From a virus: a DNA stretch of 31,480 nucleotides. Both the position numbers and the translations under genes were made by a program. The stretch is taken from the IMG/VR virus record IMGVR_UViG_3300009124_000060, positions 1 to 31,480 of that record. One strand, given 5' to 3'. The notes under the pieces were generated by a model that was given only the letters and a program-made list of their open reading frames with translations, was not told the origin of the DNA and ran no database searches. Of the stretch, positions 7,850 to 13,486 are shown in pieces (within the stretch, counting starts at the first letter, position 1; each line of letters opens with the position of its first letter).

Positions 7850-7881
7850 AAAGAGGCTGATAGCTCTTAACTACCAACCTC
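7846..7881 (-). terminator. Rho-independent terminator after the sigma-r4-like gene.
   Basis: An 11-bp stem (7853-7863 with 7871-7881). It is fully paired only in the minus-strand RNA, where two plus-strand mismatches become G-U pairs. A run of U7 follows (A7 at 7846-7852 on the plus strand). Confidence 0.75.
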
Positions 7882-7920
7882 TGAAAAAACCCATATGACG
7901 ATAGGATTTGTTTCTTCTCC

Positions 7921-8313
7921 TTATGTCCAGCTCTCCTTTAATTTCTTTATTATTCTTTCGTAATGATACTTGATGTTCTGTCTTGTGCAACCTAAGTCTC
8001 TTGCAATTGCTGCGTATGATCTTCCGTGTTCTAAATGCTGTCTTACTATGTACTGATCTTTTTGTTTTAATGATGCGATCATCTCTTCACCTAGCTTGAT
8101 GTTTGCTTCATAATCTACAGTATCGATTTCTTCTTCTACACCATCAAGTCTTCTTTCTATTTCATCTTCAAAATCTACAGTATCGTTTTGTGCATAGTCG
8201 AATAACCATTCTCTATCGCCGACATAAACATTTCTAAAAGTATTTGTTTTGATCTCTGGATGCTCTTTGTCTAGTTCATCCATTATCTTTTGCCATTTGC
8301 TATCAAGTTTCAT
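7921..8313 (-). CDS. Sigma-70 region-4-like HTH protein, a candidate phage transcription factor.
   Basis: The C-terminus LKQKDQYIVRQHLEHGRSYAAIARDLGCTRQNIKYHYERIIKKLK fits the sigma region 4/LuxR-type HTH pattern. No sigma region 2 is visible. Confidence 0.55.
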   Translation of the reverse strand: MKLDSKWQKIMDELDKEHPEIKTNTFRNVYVGDREWLFDYAQNDTVDFEDEIERRLDGVEEEIDTVDYEANIKLGEEMIASLKQKDQYIVRQHLEHGRSYAAIARDLGCTRQNIKYHYERIIKKLKESWT

Positions 8314-8337
8314 ATTACCTCCGTAGCTACTATATGT

Positions 8338-8365
8338 ATTCTAATTAGTAGATTCGAAGTGCAAA
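8338..8365 (-). promoter_or_regulatory. Sigma70-type promoter candidate, TTTGCA-16-TAGAAT, for the sigma-r4-like gene.
   Basis: On the minus strand, TTTGCA lies at 8365-8360 and TAGAAT at 8343-8338, with a 16-nt spacer. Confidence 0.35.
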
Positions 8366-8409
8366 AGTCCATTTTCTCCATAAAAAGTTGTTCCTAAAGT
8401 AATAATAAC

Positions 8410-8482
8410 TGGAAGGGCAGGTGGGATTCGAACCCACGGCTCTCTGGTTCGCGGCCCAAGAGATGATCCATCCAGCTGCCCC
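8410..8482 (-). tRNA. Atypical tRNA gene with an encoded CCA. The anticodon is probably GCG (Arg), but the isotype is uncertain.
   Basis: The minus strand reads GGGGCAG CT GGAT GGATC ATCT C TTGGG CCGCGAA CCAGA GAGCC GTGGG TTCGAAT CCCAC CTGCCCT T CCA. The acceptor stem has 7 bp and the T arm is canonical (GTGGG-TTCGAAT-CCCAC). The D loop has only 5 nt, the anticodon stem has one mismatch, and position 33 is C rather than U. Confidence 0.6.
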
Positions 8483-8485
8483 AGA

Positions 8486-8737
8486 TCAGATTCGTAGAAA
8501 GAATTTATGATCTGGTGTGACAGGTATCTCTGATTGAAAGTCTGTCTCGTAGTAATAGATTAAGTTTCCGTTTGGTTGCGGATGAGCTTGTATAGCAGAT
8601 ACAGGAAGTAGTCTTAGTCTCTCTCCACAGATATCCTCTACATAGATTTCCATATTAGCCATAAGCATTTTGGCGGCGGCCAAAAAAGAAACTTCTTGTA
8701 GTTGTACAGTTTCTATCTTGAAATCATTCCCTTCCAT
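8486..8737 (-). CDS. Hypothetical protein.
   Basis: 83 aa with an ATG start. It is translationally coupled to the upstream small ORF. No motif was recognised. Confidence 0.5.
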   Translation of the reverse strand: MEGNDFKIETVQLQEVSFLAAAKMLMANMEIYVEDICGERLRLLPVSAIQAHPQPNGNLIYYYETDFQSEIPVTPDHKFFLRI

Positions 8738-8885
8738 CTTCTTCTCCTCTGCTATCTCTAATGGCTTCTCTAGTCTTCCTATATACCATCAGTTGTAAAA
8801 CGTCATATACGCCCCAGGCAAACATACCCAGGGACATACAGCACATCATTAATATTAAAGTTCTAAAAGCTACATCAGCTAGCAT
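8724..8885 (-). CDS. Small hydrophobic protein (53 aa), absent from the ORF track.
   Basis: Translated by hand: MLADVAFRTLILMMCCMSLGMFAWGVYDVLQLMVYRKTREAIRDSRGEEDGRE. SD GGAGAG lies 4 nt upstream. One predicted TM segment. Its stop overlaps the next gene's start (ATGGAAGGGAATGA). Confidence 0.45.
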   Translation of the reverse strand: MLADVAFRTLILMMCCMSLGMFAWGVYDVLQLMVYRKTREAIRDSRGEEDGRE

Positions 8886-8895
8886 AGTTCTCTCC

Positions 8896-10167
8896 TTACC
8901 ACTGTGCCTTGATGACCAGTGGTGAATTCCAATTCTTTCTTCTAAATTCGTTAGATATAAGTCTCAACCTTGCAGGTGAGATCTTCTTGTTGATAATCAA
9001 ACCATCAAACTGGTATGACATTACTTCGTATCCTGCGTCAGCAAGTAGTTCTGCATACTTAGAAATTTTATAAGTTTCCATTCTGCAAAGCATTCTTGAC
9101 AACACCTTGTTCAGTTCTTTGTCTGTCAGTGATCCTGCAGTTCTTTCTTCATAGCCACAAAGGTTCTTGAATGAATCCAAGTTGTACATATACTTGGTCA
9201 ACTTAGCCTTTGCTCCTCTGTATTCTTTCATAGTCTCTTCGCCATATACAAAGTCAGCGTTCTTGTTCCCGAACAAGATCGCAAGATGCAACAGCTTTTT
9301 ACTAGAGAACTGTTCGTATCCTTTCTTAGCTCTGTAAGCATTGATCTTCTCTAAGTCTTTATCGGATACCCAAGACAAGATAGCATCTCTAGAATCTTTT
9401 CCTGAAAAAGTAAGCAGCAATTCTTTCTGTTCTTTAGTCAAGCCAGCCTTGAACCAGTGCGACTTAACCAAGTATTCGAAGTCACAGTTGTAAGAAGCCT
9501 TGGCATCGATGTCTACATAGCCAGTGTTCTTTAGTAAAAAGTCTCTAAGTCTAGAAGAAGCACCTTGTAGAGAAGCATCCATAGCGAATGCTCTTTCACC
9601 TTGCTTTCTGTATTCTGTCCACAGACAAGCATCATCGGGAGAGATGTTCAACTTCATAGCTTTTAAATATTCTTTATCGTGATCATTCAAACCGAGAGCT
9701 TCAATTTGTACTGCATCAGTGAATAGATCTTGTCTAAGTGGGCAAGCAGTAGAAGCTATACCAGTCTTAGCATTCAGTCTTTCAACAGCTACCTTCTTAT
9801 CTACAAAGAAACCAACAGGCAATTTGCACAGCTCATTGAATACTGTATTGATTGCGGCAAGATTTCTTTTGAAAGTTTTGCAGTAAGCACCTTGGCTATA
9901 GCTGTCACTAACGATCTCACCGAATGGACCGTAGTCTCTGTCGAAGTTCTTCTTGTAGTTTCTATCAAGAGAGATAGCAAACTGAGAAGAGAAGTAGGTG
10001 TATTCCCAAACCTGAAGTGTTCTGTGTTGTTGCTGGAACTTTAGTCTGGTTACAATTCTTTTTAATTTCTTAAGCCACTGGATTTCTCTAGTGCTGTAGT
10101 CTTCTTTCTTAAGAGAAGGATCAATGGTTAGATCGGTTGGATTGTCTTTGTATTGTAGTATCGTCAT
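8896..10167 (-). CDS. Divergent protein resembling a family A (Pol I/T7-like) polymerase domain, with no exonuclease domain.
   Basis: The motifs appear in canonical order. ERAFAMDASLQGAS (aa ~191-204) compares with GRLSSTDPNLQNIP. YVDIDAKASY (aa ~217-226) is motif-A-like. KKLLHLAILFGNKNADFVYG (aa ~290-309) compares with motif B K...NFG..YG. SYQFDGLII (aa ~384-392) compares with motif C QVHDE. Spacing is close to that of the Klenow polymerase domain. At 423 aa there is room for thumb, palm and fingers only. Confidence 0.45.
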   Translation of the reverse strand: MTILQYKDNPTDLTIDPSLKKEDYSTREIQWLKKLKRIVTRLKFQQQHRTLQVWEYTYFSSQFAISLDRNYKKNFDRDYGPFGEIVSDSYSQGAYCKTFKRNLAAINTVFNELCKLPVGFFVDKKVAVERLNAKTGIASTACPLRQDLFTDAVQIEALGLNDHDKEYLKAMKLNISPDDACLWTEYRKQGERAFAMDASLQGASSRLRDFLLKNTGYVDIDAKASYNCDFEYLVKSHWFKAGLTKEQKELLLTFSGKDSRDAILSWVSDKDLEKINAYRAKKGYEQFSSKKLLHLAILFGNKNADFVYGEETMKEYRGAKAKLTKYMYNLDSFKNLCGYEERTAGSLTDKELNKVLSRMLCRMETYKISKYAELLADAGYEVMSYQFDGLIINKKISPARLRLISNEFRRKNWNSPLVIKAQW

Positions 10168-10277
10168 AGTTACCTCGAAATGTAAAATGGGCAGTTGTGA
10201 TTGCCACTATTAGTATTATACCATATCGGAAAGGGTTTCGCTGAACTTTCTTCCCTCTATACTATATAGTCTTATTA

Positions 10278-10730
10278 TTAGCAGAAAGCCTTTAATTTCT
10301 TAAGTTTTTTTTCTGCATCGGACAATTTTTCGTAGTGTCCGTGGTAAGTTCTCTTACCCAAATGTCTCTCAGTAATTCTATATCTAGCATAGCCATTGTT
10401 ATTTACTAAAGAGATCTTGTACCTTGGGCTGCCATTGTTAAGAAGGTTTTCGCTTCTGGTTACAATTCTAAGATTAGAAACATTATTGTTTGTTCTGTCT
10501 CTGTCTATGTGATCTACGTGCAAGCCATCGTGTTCCCCAAAGTAAGCTAAAGCAACAAGCTTGTGTACGTGCCTAGTATATGCTTTGTTGTCTTTCATAA
10601 CCTGAACATACAGGTAGTTAGTCTTCTTGTTAACAGATTGCTTTAGTTCTCTCTGCTTGCTTCTTTTGTTAGAAATTATTCTTCCATCGTCTGTTGCGTA
10701 GTATCCAGGGAATCCTGCTATCTCTTTCAT
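10278..10730 (-). CDS. HNH homing endonuclease (NUMOD4 plus HNH_3 type).
   Basis: The N-terminus IAGFPGYYATDDGRIISN is NUMOD4-like, and HVDHIDRDRTNNNVSNLRIVTRSEN is an HNH motif. Confidence 0.88.
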   Translation of the reverse strand: MKEIAGFPGYYATDDGRIISNKRSKQRELKQSVNKKTNYLYVQVMKDNKAYTRHVHKLVALAYFGEHDGLHVDHIDRDRTNNNVSNLRIVTRSENLLNNGSPRYKISLVNNNGYARYRITERHLGKRTYHGHYEKLSDAEKKLKKLKAFC

Positions 10731-10754
10731 AATACCTCCATAGTGTATAAGTAT

Positions 10755-10783
10755 ATTATACCCACATTACTAGAAAAAGTAAA
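10755..10783 (-). promoter_or_regulatory. Sigma70-type promoter TTTACT-17-TATAAT upstream of the HNH gene.
   Basis: On the minus strand, TTTACT lies at 10783-10778 and a perfect TATAAT at 10760-10755, with a 17-nt spacer. Confidence 0.5.
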
Positions 10784-10831
10784 CACTTTCCTCTAAAGAT
10801 TTCTTAATAAAGTTTCTTCTTCTGTATACCA

Positions 10832-10883
10832 GACCGCCTTCGGGGCGGTCCTTGGTGGTGTCTCTCCTAAGTTACCCTATTGG
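10832..10883 (-). promoter_or_regulatory. Motif A, copy S2: CCAATAGGGTAACTTAGGAGAG (10883->10862), a 15-nt spacer, then the hairpin GACCGCC/GGCGGTC (10850->10832).
   Basis: The 18-nt core matches S1 and S3 exactly. The hairpin stem sequence differs from both but still pairs. It lies in the divergent intergenic region between the HNH gene (-) and the acidic-protein gene (+). Confidence 0.6.
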
Positions 10884-11040
10884 TTAGAGCTAGGAATAGC
10901 CGTAAGAATTTAAAGTTAGGAATACCCCCATACGACTTTATTTAAAGTTTGCCAATTCCTCCTTCTCAGATATCTTCTCATAGGTGTAGTAAGGTTAACC
11001 CAACTGTATCTTTACAAATTTAGTATGGTAGGGAGGACCT

Positions 11041-11424
11041 ATGCAGATTAATCTTCAGGCTAAACTAGATTCGATTGTATTACGTAGTGTAACGAGAGAC
11101 TTCTTTCCTCACGCTGTAATCACTTCAAAGGAAGAATATATAACCATTATGGAAGTAGAAACAACGGCAGAGGACTTAGTATCCTACACAGAGCTTATGA
11201 ATATGATCTGCCCTCCCGACATTTATATAGCTGTCATTGGTGAGGATCCTGATGAGCCTGCTTTCATTAGCTACAGGTATGGTGACATAGAAGAGATGAC
11301 AGTAGAGCAATTTGAGGAAGACAGAGAAGTCTTCCGTTTAGTTATCAAACCGCACAGCTTACCTTCAGAAGACGATAGTGTAGATTCTACACCCGAAGAT
11401 GATTCAGACTGGGATTGGATCTAA
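11041..11424 (+). CDS. Strongly acidic small protein of unknown function.
   Basis: 127 aa with about 31 D/E against about 8 K/R residues. The tail is acidic (EDDSVDSTPEDDSDWDWI). SD GGGAGG. It is the first gene of the short plus-strand block. Confidence 0.6.
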   Translation: MQINLQAKLDSIVLRSVTRDFFPHAVITSKEEYITIMEVETTAEDLVSYTELMNMICPPDIYIAVIGEDPDEPAFISYRYGDIEEMTVEQFEEDREVFRLVIKPHSLPSEDDSVDSTPEDDSDWDWI

Positions 11425-11453
11425 CCCAGCTTCCACACTTTTTAGTAAAAAGT

Positions 11454-11483
11454 TTTACCAGTCTATGAATACTTGCGTATAGT
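11454..11483 (+). promoter_or_regulatory. Sigma70-type promoter candidate TTTACC-18-TATAGT.
   Basis: TTTACC lies at 11454-11459 and TATAGT at 11478-11483. An AT-only palindrome, ACTTTTTAGTAAAAAGT (11437-11453), precedes it. Confidence 0.3.
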
Positions 11484-11521
11484 GTATGGGCAGCTGATGC
11501 TTAACTTACTACGGAGATATT

Positions 11522-11656
11522 ATGGAAAAAGAATTTATGCAGACAATCTACAAAGAACTTAAGGCACTTCCACAGCCAGTACAGGATGACAAGAGAGCTG
11601 TGGAAATGATCAGAATGTTAGAAGAAATGTTGAAAAAAGATAGCAAGGGGGCTTGA
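11522..11656 (+). CDS. Small hypothetical protein (44 aa), absent from the ORF track.
   Basis: Translated by hand: MEKEFMQTIYKELKALPQPVQDDKRAVEMIRMLEEMLKKDSKGA. SD GGAG lies 7 nt upstream of the ATG. Confidence 0.4.
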   Translation: MEKEFMQTIYKELKALPQPVQDDKRAVEMIRMLEEMLKKDSKGA

Positions 11657-11681
11657 TTTTCTTTTACATTAGGGGTATAAT
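11653..11681 (+). promoter_or_regulatory. Sigma70-type promoter TTGATT-17-TATAAT.
   Basis: TTGATT lies at 11653-11658 and a perfect TATAAT at 11676-11681, with a 17-nt spacer. No ORF follows before the terminator at 11746-11783. Confidence 0.5.
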
Positions 11682-11687
11682 GATAGT

Positions 11688-11783
11688 ACGGAAGTTGTGA
11701 GCCGTGTTATTCTCCTAAGAGATTATTAAAGTTAAGATTGTCTAAGGCCACAGGGTGTTACCTCCCCTGTGGTCTTTTTCTTT
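11688..11783 (+). ncRNA. Candidate small non-coding RNA of about 90 nt, defined by a promoter-terminator pair.
   Basis: It lies between the TATAAT at 11676-11681 and the terminator hairpin with its T-run at 11746-11783. The longest frame is about 10 codons. It contains CUCCUAAG, which is anti-SD-like. Confidence 0.35.
11746..11783 (+). terminator. Rho-independent terminator.
   Basis: A perfect 8-bp stem, CCACAGGG (11748-11755) with CCCTGTGG (11765-11772), and a 9-nt loop, followed by TCTTTTTCTTT. Confidence 0.7.
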
Positions 11784-12162
11784 ATATGACTTCTACGTCT
11801 ATCTTAAACTTCCACGTATCCTTCTCATATTCCTTCTTACCGTATATCTCTACGATCTGGCAGTCATCATCATAGACAATGCCTTCAAGGGCATCACAGA
11901 TACAGGAGAAGGTATTCTGTACATCTCTGCGAACCTTGTCTCCGAAGGTCACTGTAAGAATTAATCTGTATTTCTTGTCGGTAGGCCATATCACACAGGT
12001 AGCTGCTTCGTATTCCTGTCTAGCTTTGTCTGCTACTTCTTGTACGTAGGCTTCAAATTCCTTCACGTCTTTAGGTTTGTATGCCCTGCCGTGTCTTCTA
12101 GAGAATTTTAATTTGTTCTTTTTGCTCACTACCTTTCTGTAGCCTTCAATTTCTAGTTTCAT
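11782..12162 (-). CDS. rusA: RusA-like Holliday junction resolvase.
   Basis: RRDVQNTFSCICDALEGIVYDDDCQIVEI fits the RusA pattern (D..N..K...DAL.G....DD.QI). The track start at 12213 is a GTG. The ATG at 12162, preceded by GAGGA, is preferred (MKLEIEGY...). Confidence 0.6.
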   Translation of the reverse strand: MKLEIEGYRKVVSKKNKLKFSRRHGRAYKPKDVKEFEAYVQEVADKARQEYEAATCVIWPTDKKYRLILTVTFGDKVRRDVQNTFSCICDALEGIVYDDDCQIVEIYGKKEYEKDTWKFKIDVEVI

Positions 12163-12255
12163 CTTAGTGTCCTCACACATTACAGCAGATGTAAAGAACC
12201 ACTTAGTTGTCACTAAATGTAACTTTTATAAACTTTCTTTTACTTTCTTAGTCTT

Positions 12256-12284
12256 TTACTTGCAGTTTCTACTACTTATATAGT
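12256..12284 (+). promoter_or_regulatory. Sigma70-type promoter candidate TTACTT-17-TATAGT for the nuclease gene.
   Basis: TTACTT lies at 12256-12261 and TATAGT at 12279-12284, with a 17-nt spacer. Confidence 0.4.
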
Positions 12285-12354
12285 ATGGTTATGTAAGGGC
12301 AATAAAGCTCTTATGTACAATCTTTATAAAACTTTAGAAACGAGGTAAATAGAA

Positions 12355-12885
12355 ATGGGAAATTTTCACAGTAGTAACGACATAGGCTCTAAGTCTGAGA
12401 ATCAATTCAAACAAGAATATCTTCTTCCTTGGATGGAAGCAGGACACATTGACAAAGTATGGCACGTACCACACACTGAATTCAGAAAGCGTGGTTACAA
12501 GTATGACTGGGACTTTGTAGTTAAGATTGATGTTCTTGGTGCTTGTGAGCAAAGAAATATAGAAATGAAATCTTTAGCTGGTGGCTATCCTACTGGCGTT
12601 GTAGAGAAGTGGAAGTATGATGATAGAACTGGTAGAGCTGGTTGGTATCTGGCAACAGAGAAAGGTTTGTTGGATTACGTTATTGTTCACGACAGATCAG
12701 TAAATAAGTTTTACTTGTTCGATGCTCAACTTCTTAAGCAGCACGTAGACAATACTTCTCAGTGGGAAGAAAGACAATGCTACGATAAGAACACAGATGC
12801 TATGGGTTGGGTTGTTAAGTTCAGATGGACTGACAAGGATGCAGGATACATCTGCACATTAGATCCAGAAGTTTATTCTTTATAA
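12355..12885 (+). CDS. Putative PD-(D/E)xK-fold nuclease.
   Basis: YDWDFVVKIDVLGACEQRNIEMKSL gives a D...(E)xK arrangement, preceded by an N-terminal helix carrying a conserved Glu (GSKSENQFKQEYL). 176 aa. Confidence 0.4.
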   Translation: MGNFHSSNDIGSKSENQFKQEYLLPWMEAGHIDKVWHVPHTEFRKRGYKYDWDFVVKIDVLGACEQRNIEMKSLAGGYPTGVVEKWKYDDRTGRAGWYLATEKGLLDYVIVHDRSVNKFYLFDAQLLKQHVDNTSQWEERQCYDKNTDAMGWVVKFRWTDKDAGYICTLDPEVYSL

Positions 12886-12914
12886 TCTACACTGTAGATT
12901 CTCTAGTAAAAAGT

Positions 12915-12947
12915 AAAGCCATCTCTTTCGGGATGGCTTTTTTGTTT
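12915..12947 (+). terminator. Rho-independent terminator in the convergent gap. It may work in both directions.
   Basis: The stem is AAAGCCATCTC/GGGATGGCTTT around a TTTC loop, followed by TTTTTGTTT. An A-rich tract upstream could serve the minus strand. Confidence 0.7.
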
Positions 12948-12964
12948 GCTTTGTAATTAGTAAT

Positions 12965-13123
12965 CTATTCTGGCTTTACATCAGATAGGATCATCATAGC
13001 AAGCTCTATAAGGTCTCTCACAAGCTCTTGTTTCTCTGCTGCGGTAAAACCATCTTTAGAATATTTGATGGCCTTGATGGCTACAGCAAGAGCCTTCTGT
13101 GCTGTTTTATCTACGTTTATCAT
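12965..13123 (-). CDS. Small hypothetical protein (52 aa), absent from the ORF track.
   Basis: Translated by hand: MINVDKTAQKALAVAIKAIKYSKDGFTAAEKQELVRDLIELAMMILSDVKPE. Its ATG overlaps the upstream stop (ATGA at 13120-13123). Confidence 0.4.
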   Translation of the reverse strand: MINVDKTAQKALAVAIKAIKYSKDGFTAAEKQELVRDLIELAMMILSDVKPE

Positions 13124-13377
13124 CTCTCTTTCTCCAGTACTTTCTCAATGTAGTGTAATCTAGCATCCAACTTTGTTACTGCTTCAGAGAATATTTTTCT
13201 ATCTTCTTTCATTTCGTGGATCAAGGCTTTGCGTTCTTCCTTGTTATCGTCAATGATCTTGTCGATAGATTCTCTCTGGAACTTTGTGAATACATAGATG
13301 AAGTAGACAGATAGAAGTGTTGCAGCCCCTGCAGATCCTAAACTTGTAATTACTTCTGGTGTGAACATTTCCAACAT
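13120..13377 (-). CDS. Single-pass membrane protein with a charged coiled-coil tail. Holin-like lysis candidate.
   Basis: An N-terminal hydrophobic segment (VITSLGSAGAATLLSVYFIYVF) is followed by a K/E-rich helix. SD GAGGAG. Confidence 0.4.
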   Translation of the reverse strand: MLEMFTPEVITSLGSAGAATLLSVYFIYVFTKFQRESIDKIIDDNKEERKALIHEMKEDRKIFSEAVTKLDARLHYIEKVLEKER

Positions 13378-13404
13378 CTTGTCTCCTCATAATAATCTAT
13401 TTGT

Positions 13405-13439
13405 AAAAAAAGGGACAGTAAGCCGAAACCTACTGCCCC
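13405..13439 (-). terminator. Rho-independent terminator after the fiber gene.
   Basis: The minus-strand stem is GGGGCAGTAGG / CTTACTGTCCC, about 11 bp with two G-U pairs, followed by U7 (A7 at 13405-13411 on the plus strand). Confidence 0.75.
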
Positions 13440-13486
13440 AGGGTGAGAACTACACTATCCTAGGGAAAGCGTAGGAAAATAAATTA

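Noticed and set aside
11663-11668. TTTACA at 11663-11668, 7 nt upstream of TATAAT, as another example of the short-spacer box.
   Set aside because: A proper -35 hexamer (TTGATT, 11653-11658) sits at the canonical 17-nt distance here. This copy is most simply spacer sequence of an ordinary sigma70 promoter. It is a caution against over-reading every TTTACA.
13120-13377. Reading the 85-aa TM-plus-coiled-coil protein as an i-spanin with an embedded or adjacent o-spanin.
   Set aside because: The following 52-aa ORF has no signal peptide or lipobox Cys, and no embedded lipoprotein frame was seen. A holin-like role is equally speculative, so it was called with low confidence.
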